Of a stretch of DNA of 64,000 nucleotides, positions 49,774 through 58,670 are shown one piece after another; position 1 is the first letter of the stretch, and each line of letters begins with the position of its first letter. The position numbers and the translations under genes are program-made. The stretch is from Flavobacteriaceae bacterium. GTDB lineage: Bacteria > Bacteroidota > Bacteroidia > Flavobacteriales > Flavobacteriaceae. Under the pieces are notes generated by a model. It did no database searches. It saw only the letters and a list, made by a program, of their open reading frames with translations, and was not told the origin of the DNA. The DNA is taken from positions 293,888 to 357,887 of the forward strand of contig OZ241330.1 in NCBI GenBank assembly GCA_965200045.1. Direction: 5' to 3'.

Positions 49774-50446
49774 GAAAATATTTGTTTCGTATAAATACGC
49801 TGACACTTTGGTTGAACGACTATCCGAAGTGAGTTTGGAAGAACAAACAACTCCAAGGGATTATCTTAATATTTTTGAGAATACTATCGAGAACAAGGAT
49901 GATATTTACAAAGGAGAATCGGATGATGAAGACCTAGGCGACTTATCTAAGTCTACAATTGAAGATAAGTTAAAAGATAGAATACGTGATAGTACTATTA
50001 CTGTGGTCTTGATTTCAAAAGGAATGAAAGAAAACAGTAAATCTGAAAAGGAGCAATGGATTCCCTGGGAAATAAGTTATTCTTTAAAAGAAATATCAAG
50101 AGGGGGTAGAAAAAGTTTAACAAATGCCGTTTTAGCCGTTGTATTACCTGATAATTGTGGATCTTATGATTATTTTGTGCAAAAAGACGTGCAATGTGGC
50201 TGTCAAACTCTAATTGTATCCTTTCTTTTTCCGATTATGAGAAAGAATATGTTTAATATAAAAAATCCTAATACAAGGGAGTGTAATTGTGGTCGTTCAA
50301 ATGTATACTTTGATGATTATCCATCGTATATCTATACTATCGTATGGAAAGACTTTATCTTGAGTTATAATAAATATATCGATATTGCCGTTTCTCTTTT
50401 TGATAAGAGAGATAGATATAACATATCCAAAGAATTAGAGGACTAG
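49766..50446 (+). CDS. ThsB-like TIR-like (DUF1863-type) protein with Cys-rich C-terminus
   Basis: KIFVSYKYAD..IRDSTITVVLISKGMKENSKSEKEQWIPWEISY.. follows the DUF1863/ThsB pattern. The tail is ..QCGCQ..ECNCG.. Confidence 0.7.
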   Translation: MGKKIFVSYKYADTLVERLSEVSLEEQTTPRDYLNIFENTIENKDDIYKGESDDEDLGDLSKSTIEDKLKDRIRDSTITVVLISKGMKENSKSEKEQWIPWEISYSLKEISRGGRKSLTNAVLAVVLPDNCGSYDYFVQKDVQCGCQTLIVSFLFPIMRKNMFNIKNPNTRECNCGRSNVYFDDYPSYIYTIVWKDFILSYNKYIDIAVSLFDKRDRYNISKELED

Positions 50447-50568
50447 CACATAAGTATTAAAGATTCGGAAAAAACCATTTCTAGCTCCACATTGTTTGAC
50501 TATTAGTTGTCTTTGTTGTTTTTGGAACACTACGATTCTCAACTGTAGCTTACACTTCAAATAAAGAT

Positions 50569-51417
50569 TTAAATATTAGAAAAGTTATCTGAACCATCTA
50601 ATTGTATCACATATCGAAATCGAACTTCATCATTTTGATCGCCACGAGTGTCGTCTTTAATTCCCAGTATCTGAATGGCTGCGTAAAGGCCTTCCATATT
50701 TTTTAGTATGGCAATCTGATTCATCTCGACCGTTCGGCATCTCGAAGTGAAATTCAAATTTTTAGCTTCCGTGACATCTGAAATTGTCTGAATTTCTTTT
50801 TGAACCAATGCAACTCCTTGAATTGAAAGCGGATCGTTGTAAAGATGAATACGTGTATGACTTGCCTTACTCCACATTGTTTCAAATTTGGCTTTTCCGG
50901 AACCTATGACGCATCTTCCATTGTAATTGCTGTAGTCAAATGTAATTTCTCCTTGTGAATTTTTTATTCTTGGGGGAGGAATATTCGAATCTTTTCCACG
51001 TAAGTGTCGAAATCCGAGTTTCTCCGCCATTTCTTTTGCTAAAAGTTGAGAAGTCGGATAATCTCTAACTTTTAAATATTGAATATCCTGATCCAAACCA
51101 GGTAATATAGAATCATCAAACCGTACAGGGAGTATTTTTACTTGATTCTCGCTCATTGCCTTCATAGAATGCTCTGCTTCTAATCTTGGCCATTTCTTGG
51201 AACAGTAATCCTTTGAAATAAATAAGACAACATAGTTGCTTTTTTCAGCATAAATGTATTCCGTGATTTCAGTTAATGATTGACCCCAGTGAGCATTTTT
51301 GCTATGAATATCATAATAAACGCTCATACCGCTTGATAATAGGAAATTTGCTATGACTTCAATATAATCTCTCTGTTCTCCAGCAAAAGATAACGCTACA
51401 TCATATCGTTTATTCAT
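50569..51417 (-). CDS. TIR-domain protein with ~140-aa unassigned C-terminal domain
   Basis: The N-terminus YDVALSFAGEQRDYIEVIANFL..YVVLFISKDYCSKKWPRLEAEH.. is a classic bacterial TIR. The C-terminal half looks beta-rich and has no recognised family. Confidence 0.85.
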   Translation of the reverse strand: MNKRYDVALSFAGEQRDYIEVIANFLLSSGMSVYYDIHSKNAHWGQSLTEITEYIYAEKSNYVVLFISKDYCSKKWPRLEAEHSMKAMSENQVKILPVRFDDSILPGLDQDIQYLKVRDYPTSQLLAKEMAEKLGFRHLRGKDSNIPPPRIKNSQGEITFDYSNYNGRCVIGSGKAKFETMWSKASHTRIHLYNDPLSIQGVALVQKEIQTISDVTEAKNLNFTSRCRTVEMNQIAILKNMEGLYAAIQILGIKDDTRGDQNDEVRFRYVIQLDGSDNFSNI

Positions 51418-52915
51418 TTTGAGATTGGATCATTTCATTAAAATCAAATTCTTTAAGTGTGGGATGAAATGGTTCATATGTGCGTTTTAAACGATTCCAA
51501 TAGTTTCTTCCTTCTTCATAGCTGCCAATGTTTAGTACATATCGGTCGATAATGGCAAGAAGTATTTCTCGAGCTTCATAAACAATATCCTGTGAATACG
51601 ATTTCAAACTTTCCCTTTTTGATTTTGTCGAATGTACTTGCATATTTCTCAAATTGACTACAGCTTCTGAAACAGACATCTTCTTGGATTTACTAAACTT
51701 CTGAAAGTCATCTGATATTTGATTCTCATCCAGATTTATTCCAATATATGTGCAAAGCATTTGAATTTTGGAAGCCGCACTAATTCTCTCACCATCGTTT
51801 TTAGTCACCATTTTAAGTTTGTCAAATAAGATCCAATTCCAAAGTAATTCAATACCTACCTGTGCTAATATGAGACTTCCCTCCGTATGCCCTTGATTCG
51901 AATTCGCCTCAATATACCAATGAAGAAGATCTGATAATGCTTGTTCATCATCTTCCGTTTTTCTAATCTCATGCATTTGCTCTATAAATCTTGAATTAAC
52001 CCACGTATCATCACAAATTGGTTTGATAACGTCTTTATAGGGGCGAAATTTGGTATAATATGATATCTGAGAATCAATTAATGTGTTCTCATCATAAAAT
52101 TCGACAAAGACCATTCCAATATGACTTCTAGCAAAAAAACTCAAGCAAAATCTAAGTGTGTTTAAAACATTTCTTGCTTCATCAATCGTCATTCCTGATT
52201 CGAAGTTCATATACCCATGGTGGGTGATACAATGTCCACTGGCGTTTTTAAGGTCTTTTAATATTTTATCTTTTAAGTCATATCGACCATCAATTACTAC
52301 TTCTACTCCATTGGAAATTGAAAATCTGAGTCGATTTCGCTTCGATCTAAGTTTTCCATTGTCTTTGTTTTGAGTGATTTCACCGTAACTAAATGGTAGA
52401 TTAGTTATTGAAAATTCAACTTTTTGAACTAGTTTATTATCGTCGTCCTCTATTTCTTTTTCTTGAACAACTCCTTGAAAAATACCTTGACGGCCTAAAT
52501 GGCTTATGGTACTAGAACCAAAAAGTATTGGAATGGTTCCTAACAATTTATCACAAACAAAAACATCCACTGATTCTTGACCTAAGAAATACTCTAAAAC
52601 ATTTTCTTCATCTGAATATTTTATTTCTAATACCATCCTTGGACAAGGATGCCAATCAAATTGAATTTCACCTTGTTTAAACTTAAGCTCAAGAGATGTT
52701 TGGTTAAAGGCCGATATAGTAACATCTTTCAGCGTTTTTCCTATCTGTTCTTCCAACGTTATGTTCCAGTTGTCTAAGGTTTTAACGATGGTATCATATG
52801 GGAATCTCAATGAAACATATCCTTGATGTATTAATATGGCTTCATTGACGTCTTTGTTTAGATGTTTACGATCAAACAGCTTCGGCACGTTCTTAAAAAG
52901 GTATTCTACATCCAT
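51410..52915 (-). CDS. 501-aa protein with HEPN-like C-terminal domain (Rx4H), possibly ApeA-like
   Basis: There is an 8-nt overlap with the downstream TIR gene. The C-terminal ~150 aa look helical and contain ..VVNLRNMQVHSTK.. (R-x4-H). The size and layout recall ApeA-type HEPN proteins. The N-terminal ~330 aa are unassigned. Confidence 0.5.
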   Translation of the reverse strand: MDVEYLFKNVPKLFDRKHLNKDVNEAILIHQGYVSLRFPYDTIVKTLDNWNITLEEQIGKTLKDVTISAFNQTSLELKFKQGEIQFDWHPCPRMVLEIKYSDEENVLEYFLGQESVDVFVCDKLLGTIPILFGSSTISHLGRQGIFQGVVQEKEIEDDDNKLVQKVEFSITNLPFSYGEITQNKDNGKLRSKRNRLRFSISNGVEVVIDGRYDLKDKILKDLKNASGHCITHHGYMNFESGMTIDEARNVLNTLRFCLSFFARSHIGMVFVEFYDENTLIDSQISYYTKFRPYKDVIKPICDDTWVNSRFIEQMHEIRKTEDDEQALSDLLHWYIEANSNQGHTEGSLILAQVGIELLWNWILFDKLKMVTKNDGERISAASKIQMLCTYIGINLDENQISDDFQKFSKSKKMSVSEAVVNLRNMQVHSTKSKRESLKSYSQDIVYEAREILLAIIDRYVLNIGSYEEGRNYWNRLKRTYEPFHPTLKEFDFNEMIQSQNE

Positions 52916-53018
52916 ATTATCGAATTTCCATATTGAGTCTCATGAATAGAAACCATGAATCATCGACTTTAAAGATCAATTCAAAAAATCGCAAAAGCTT
53001 TTTCATCAAACCATGAAT

Positions 53019-53228
53019 TCATGAATCAAAGATAAACCGACCCGCAACTTTTGTAGTAGAACCAAATTTAAGGTATATTTTTCCTGTCATCTGCTCTTCA
53101 TAAAGTTCATAGTGCTTGAAGTCCGAGAAGTATAGAAGTTTGCAAATAATGGTCTTACCCACATGAGGTTTATCCTGGCAACAGTATATGATATAAAGTA
53201 ACGTTTCTTTAAATTTTCCTATATTCAA
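53019..53228 (-). pseudogene. N-terminal fragment of a DUF4065 (Panacea/SocA-like) antitoxin-domain gene
   Basis: ..GKTIICKLLYFSDFKHYELYEEQMTGKIYLKF.. matches the start of DUF4065 (K.LYF.D......G...TG..Y). The ORF stops after 69 codons. Confidence 0.45.
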
Positions 53229-53390
53229 TTCAGGCCTTGAGATTCTTTACTTGGTATTCGCTGATATGTTTCATCAGGGTTCTATGTAGGCTATTGCAAA
53301 CTAAAATTTGTCTTTATTCACTCAAGCTTACACTTTTCATTAATCAAAGAAGATGCCACAAACGACGATGAATGAACTCCACTCCCGAAA

Positions 53391-56300
53391 CTATAACGTC
53401 TCCGGATCAATATCAAATAGATTCATGGTTTGATTAAAACGCTCTGACATTTGATTTTGAAATTCAGTAGTATCATTAGCCTCTATCATATCGACCAGAT
53501 TACTATACCTAGCAAGAATATCTGTCAGTTGATTAATGTATAATTCAAAACTTTCATCAGGAATACGCGTATAAACTTCTGCTCTCGAAGCGTATTGTTG
53601 CGCGATCTTGAGTGCAATTTCTTGAGCTTTTTGGATGGCCCCACTTTGGTAATAGGCATCGACAAATTCGGACATGGGGGTGTAGAACTCATATGCTCCA
53701 TATAGGTCGGTAAATGGGGTCGTGCTTTGGATAAATTGATCTATATAGGATTCGTATTTCTCAATATCTGCATTCTCAAAAATGGTTCTCAAACCGGTTC
53801 GATATCTTTCGATTTCAGTTAAAATTTCCGAAAGAATCATATTCTGTCGATTAAACGATAATGAACTGAAATAAGCCAATCGACCGGCATATTTTTCAGA
53901 AATTTTTTCAAATAAGTCCCTAGCCTTTTGGGGTTTGCCAATTTTGTAAAAAGTGTCTATAAAAGGATGTAATAAGGAGTAATAACCAAAAAAATCAATA
54001 GGCATTTTTTTTAATGCCAATTCAATAACCTCTTGGGCTTTATTAAATTGTTCTTCTTTAACTAATTGATTAGCAAGACGTGCAATATGGCTTCTATAGG
54101 TGATGCTATTTTTACGCGTTTCGGGGTCATGATAGATCTTGGGGTCTTCTGAATTTCCCCATTCCCATTGCATGACAATGGAATGCATTTTTTCTGAATC
54201 GATTTTTCCCATTAAATATGGATTGGATGGGTCTAATGGTGTTTTAATCGGAACTAATTTATACACCATCCCTTCTAGTTCAAGATACTCTTTCATCCAA
54301 ATATATTCGGAAGCTTCAAAACTTCCTCCAGTAAAATAAATGGGTCTTTTCCAATCGTTATTAGCTAAAATATCCAACATCATGACCTGATTTTTCGTAA
54401 GTCCAGAAGTCGGTAGATCAATATCGATATGTGAAACAATTTTAGATTCATTTTCAGGTCTAACAATCCCATATTTTAAAACATTTTCTTTATTAACGGG
54501 AACTCGGATTTTATTGGTTGGGTAGTAAATCATTTCTTGCTGGCTCAATGGTAAGTACGAAAAGTCGGGCTCCATTTCTTCTAATACATGACGGTATTTC
54601 GTTTTAGGATGATCACTTGATATCCAATTGACAAAGTCTTTGATATCCCAACGAATGGTATCATTAACCGGATGAAATCGAACATATTCTCGAGTACCAT
54701 AGGCATATTGTTCATGAGTCAATTGAGAAGGAATGGGATCGCTTTCATAAGTTTTCCTTTTCATTTGATCGATGTACCAATAGGTAGCCAGTAATGAAGT
54801 ATTGATAGTTCGAACATCGGTTCGAATGCCTTCAATTTCTTGAGCATACCAAAGCGAAAAAGTGTCATTATCACCGATAGTGAATATCATGGTTCCCGCA
54901 TCCTCTTGAAGTGACTTCAAATAGGTTTTGGACATCGATTGAGCCGTATAACGATTGGATCGATCATGATCATCCCAATTTTCAGCAAACATCAAAACAG
55001 GCACACACAATAGTGCAACCAAGACCATCAGAGGCCGCATCAAATGTGGTTTGAAACGTTGCCAAAGCCCGGTCAAATAGTACGCGCCCAAGCTAATCCC
55101 AATAGAAAACACATAAAAAGATCCAACCAAAGCATAATCCCGTTCTCTAGGTTCAAAAGGACGTTCATTTAAATATACTTTGAGTGCTAAACCGGTAAAT
55201 AAAAATAAAAGCAAGAGTTTCCAAAAGGTTTTTTTATCTTGATTATACAGAAAAATAAAGCCCAAAAGACCTAGCAAAAGAGGTAGAAAATAGTAAGTAT
55301 TGCGTGCTTTGTTGTTTAAGGTATCTTGATCTAAAGCCGATTGATTCCCCAGTCTCACTTTGTCTATAAATGGGATTCCACTAATCCAATTCCCATGCAA
55401 AATGGAATAATCTCCTTGGATATCGTTTTGACGTCCTGTAAAATTCCACATAAAATAACGCCAGTACATATAGCCCATTTGAAAATTGAGCAGAAAGGCC
55501 AAATTATCAATCAGTGTGGGTTTTGATATTTCCAAATACCTTCCATAGGACCTAAAAAAATCATCATAATCTTCTCCTGTCAATAATCCTTGTTGCCCTC
55601 GAAGCTGAAAGTCACTAATAATACTTCGTAATTGCTGACTAGCCCCATATTCGGGTAAGATTGAAAATTCTAGCGGCCCAATAAAGTTCATATAGTTCGC
55701 CGCGTTCTGAGTACTCCAAAGTCTAGGAAGCAGTCCTTTATGGTCTGAATGGCTATTGATTCGAGCCCCTTGCCAATTATTAACTACCACATATCGCCTA
55801 TTTTCTAGATCTTTTTCATACTTGGGTTTATCATCTCGAAATGGTTTGGCTGGATCTTGGCCAGCGTACATATCTGAAAACATGGGACCATAAAACAGAT
55901 ACGTATCTGGATATTGTTCCATTCTATAGTAAGCTAAAAGAGTCCTTGCATCGGAAGGGTCATTTTGGTTGATAACCGTATTGGCATTGGCTCGAATGGG
56001 AAGCATCATCCATGAAGAAAAACCAATGAAGAGAAATAAAACACACAAAAAGGCTGTATTCAAATGCACCCAATTTTTTTTTGCTGTCAAGCGAAGGGAC
56101 AGCACAAAAACCAGAGCAATCAATAAACCGGCAAAAATGGTCCCACTATTAAAGGGGAGCCCCAAAGTATTAACAAAAAACACTTCCGTTTCACCGAAAA
56201 AGGCTAGCGTATTAGGCAGTAATAATTTGAATATAAATAATAAGATGGCAATGGATATTACATTGGCCAGCAAAAATCCTTTGACCGTGGTTTTGGAGAA

Positions 56301-56930
56301 ATTTTTGAAATAGTATACCAGCCCAATCGTGGGGATGGCTAACAGAGCCATAAAATGCACCCCAAATGAAAAACCAATTATTAGTGACATCAATACTAAC
56401 CATTTATAACCCCTTGGTTTGAACATATCTTTTTCCCAACGCAATGCCAACCAAAACAAGGTGGCTAGAAAACACATGGCCATGGCATACACTTCGGCTT
56501 CTACAGCATTAAACCAAAAACTATCCGAAAAACAAAAGGCTAACGATCCGACAGTAGCACTGCCCCAAAAAGAGATTTTTGATGGCAGATTGTTTAATGT
56601 AGAAAATGTTGGTAATTTCCTGAGCAGGATTGTAGTGGTCCAAAACATAAAAAGTACAGTAAATGCACTTGAAATGACCGACATAAAGTTGACCATTAGG
56701 GCAACTTTTTCTGGACTTGAAGCAAAGGTTGCAAAAAAGGCTCCCACCATCTGAAAAAATGGGGCCCCCGGAGGGTGTCCTACTTGCAGTTTTGCTGCAG
56801 TGGATATGTATTCACTGGCATCCCAAAAGCTTGAAGTGGGTTCAACAGTCAACCCAAATGTAATCAGAGCAATAATGAAAATAGACCAACCCCAGATATT
56901 ATTCCAGCGTTTGTAAATATTTTCATTCAT
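53391..56930 (-). CDS. DUF2723-domain membrane protein (glycosyltransferase-like) with TPR-like C-terminal region
   Basis: ..LTVEPTSSFWDASEYISTAAKLQVGHPPGAPFFQMVG.. is the hallmark DUF2723 N-terminus. It has more than 10 TM helices and a long soluble helical C-terminus. Confidence 0.85.
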   Translation of the reverse strand: MNENIYKRWNNIWGWSIFIIALITFGLTVEPTSSFWDASEYISTAAKLQVGHPPGAPFFQMVGAFFATFASSPEKVALMVNFMSVISSAFTVLFMFWTTTILLRKLPTFSTLNNLPSKISFWGSATVGSLAFCFSDSFWFNAVEAEVYAMAMCFLATLFWLALRWEKDMFKPRGYKWLVLMSLIIGFSFGVHFMALLAIPTIGLVYYFKNFSKTTVKGFLLANVISIAILLFIFKLLLPNTLAFFGETEVFFVNTLGLPFNSGTIFAGLLIALVFVLSLRLTAKKNWVHLNTAFLCVLFLFIGFSSWMMLPIRANANTVINQNDPSDARTLLAYYRMEQYPDTYLFYGPMFSDMYAGQDPAKPFRDDKPKYEKDLENRRYVVVNNWQGARINSHSDHKGLLPRLWSTQNAANYMNFIGPLEFSILPEYGASQQLRSIISDFQLRGQQGLLTGEDYDDFFRSYGRYLEISKPTLIDNLAFLLNFQMGYMYWRYFMWNFTGRQNDIQGDYSILHGNWISGIPFIDKVRLGNQSALDQDTLNNKARNTYYFLPLLLGLLGFIFLYNQDKKTFWKLLLLFLFTGLALKVYLNERPFEPRERDYALVGSFYVFSIGISLGAYYLTGLWQRFKPHLMRPLMVLVALLCVPVLMFAENWDDHDRSNRYTAQSMSKTYLKSLQEDAGTMIFTIGDNDTFSLWYAQEIEGIRTDVRTINTSLLATYWYIDQMKRKTYESDPIPSQLTHEQYAYGTREYVRFHPVNDTIRWDIKDFVNWISSDHPKTKYRHVLEEMEPDFSYLPLSQQEMIYYPTNKIRVPVNKENVLKYGIVRPENESKIVSHIDIDLPTSGLTKNQVMMLDILANNDWKRPIYFTGGSFEASEYIWMKEYLELEGMVYKLVPIKTPLDPSNPYLMGKIDSEKMHSIVMQWEWGNSEDPKIYHDPETRKNSITYRSHIARLANQLVKEEQFNKAQEVIELALKKMPIDFFGYYSLLHPFIDTFYKIGKPQKARDLFEKISEKYAGRLAYFSSLSFNRQNMILSEILTEIERYRTGLRTIFENADIEKYESYIDQFIQSTTPFTDLYGAYEFYTPMSEFVDAYYQSGAIQKAQEIALKIAQQYASRAEVYTRIPDESFELYINQLTDILARYSNLVDMIEANDTTEFQNQMSERFNQTMNLFDIDPETL

Positions 56931-57409
56931 ACATTATTGTTGAAAGATGGAGGCTAAAATAAACATTATAGCAAGCCTTTTGTTTTGAGAAAGACACGAT
57001 CAACATAGTTAGACACTTTACTGATTTTAGTCCAATTTCTCGAGCTAAAAGGATAGCTTGGACTTGCTGTCTTATTGTAATTTTGTTCGGTAAGGAGTGT
57101 CTAAGTTTTGAACATCAGATTTAAACACCCTTTCAATTGTGTCGTATTTAACTAGCACTACTACAAATTTAAAATCTTTAGAATATTCTTAACTTTTAAA
57201 TCATGGCATTTCGGATTCAGATCAGTTCTGCTGATGTTTTCAAAAATAAAGAACCAATCATCAGACCGAAGTCCAGGGTTTCAATTTCCATTCAACTACC
57301 AAAGACATGATATTTCAGGCTGTTATGAAGTGATGAATCAATGTCCAGAAATTTTAGAGTATTATCGCATGATGTTGGATGGTTCCGATGTTTTATTCGG
57401 AGAGGGCTT

Positions 57410-57766
57410 CTATCTATTGGAGATGTCCTTCATGAGTTGTGTTATTTGAGATGTTAACCGCGGATAATCCATTTGAACCGTATCCCAAATAATATTCACT
57501 TTCAATTCTTCATAAAGATGAGCTACCTTATCTCTTAATCCAATCGCTTTATGCCATGGAATATGTGGGTGTTCCAACCTTAAATCTTCAGAGATGTCTT
57601 TGAGTGCATTTCCAATAAACACAATACTTTTGTAGCAAACGCATTGAACTAGGTAATCTTTTTCAAAATCTTGGTATGCATTATGTGATGAAAGATGATT
57701 GAAAATAGAATGACTTTCATCTTGGACGATGTGTAGTATTCTCAGATCGTTCTCTAATCGGGTCAT
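57410..57766 (-). CDS. HEPN-domain (DUF86/HepT-like) toxin
   Basis: 118 aa with the R-x4-H motif in ..AIGLRDKVAHLYEEL.. It lies immediately downstream of, and overlaps, the MNT-like gene. Confidence 0.85.
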   Translation of the reverse strand: MTRLENDLRILHIVQDESHSIFNHLSSHNAYQDFEKDYLVQCVCYKSIVFIGNALKDISEDLRLEHPHIPWHKAIGLRDKVAHLYEELKVNIIWDTVQMDYPRLTSQITQLMKDISNR

Positions 57767-58034
57767 GGTAATAAAACATTTCTTTATTCTCCGCGATTTG
57801 TTTTTGTAGATAATGGCGTTGTATCGAGACTTCGCTTAGTTCAATAAAATCAATTTTTTTACGTAACTTTTCCTCTAAATTGTTCCATAATTCAATAAAA
57901 TCCCAACCACAAGGCTTGTTTAAAGAATATAATATTCTCATCGATTCAGTGTTGTTCTCAAAAACACCAATTTCTTTTGGTTCATAAGGGGCCATTTCTT
58001 GAATGATGATTTCTTTTTCTTTTTCTGTAATCAT
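57717..58034 (-). CDS. MNT-like (minimal nucleotidyltransferase fold) partner of the HEPN toxin, catalytic motifs degenerate
   Basis: MITEKEKEIIIQEMAPYEPKEIGVFENNTESMRILYSLNKPCGWDFIELWNNLEEKLRKKIDFIEL.. is colinear with MNT antitoxins. However it has FENN in place of FGS and ILYS in place of DxD. ATG 58034 was chosen and the 82-codon upstream extension in the track is rejected. Confidence 0.65.
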   Translation of the reverse strand: MITEKEKEIIIQEMAPYEPKEIGVFENNTESMRILYSLNKPCGWDFIELWNNLEEKLRKKIDFIELSEVSIQRHYLQKQIAENKEMFYYHDPIRERSENTTHRPR

Positions 58035-58670
58035 GCTCTCTTCTTGAAACTCAAAGATACGAAAAACCTCGAACATCTTTGAATCATCGACTGGCTTGCA
58101 ATGATGTTTTTCGTGTTCGCCTTTTCTAGTATCTGAAAGAAAAAACAAAAGGGGATTTGGAAAGAAATAAAACCCACACCAAAGTGGGAGGGGGATGATT
58201 TTAATTGAAAATGATTGGGATAGATAATTGGGTATTGAAGACATGCCATTTGATTTTTGGGTTGAGACCATAAACTCCATCTATACTGAATGAAATCACG
58301 GCATCGACATAAAGATTTGGTGAATCGGAACGTTGACGTCGTATATTAGAAAATTCAATATCGAGCAGTTTCTATTGCATCACTTCTGTATATTCTTCAT
58401 ACGTACTATACTAATTCCGTTTCTTCGGAATCATAAAGAACCGAGAAAGGATTATCACCACACAGCAAGGAATGAGATTGAGATACCCCACATTTAGGGT
58501 GTTTTGTCGACGCCCTAATGTGCCGCTTCTCCAGAATAAATCCGAGCATCATAGAAATCAAATGGTTGAAACGTGTTTTTATCCCTAACTAATCGATGAT
58601 TGACAATATCTGTATTCGAATCATCGATGATTTTAACTTCCCTATTTTTCAGGTTTCTGTTGTACTTGAA

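Noticed and set aside
50543-50553. Shared 11-mer agcttacactt at 50543 and about 53325, considered as possible island-internal direct repeats
   Set aside because: An 11-nt match is expected many times by chance in 64 kb of AT-rich DNA, and there is no extended similarity around it.
58035-58280. 82-codon N-terminal extension of the MNT-like ORF given by the track (57717..58280)
   Set aside because: The paralogue at 3222 and MNT family members start at MITEKEK. The extension is hydrophobic and low-complexity and has no counterpart.
58489-58522. Imperfect 12-13 bp inverted repeat cacatttagggtg..cgccctaatgtg in the 390-bp non-coding gap 58281..58670
   Set aside because: There is no adjacent U-run on either strand, no second copy and no recognisable RNA family. 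The gap also contains short stop-riddled translated fragments, so it is most likely decayed sequence.
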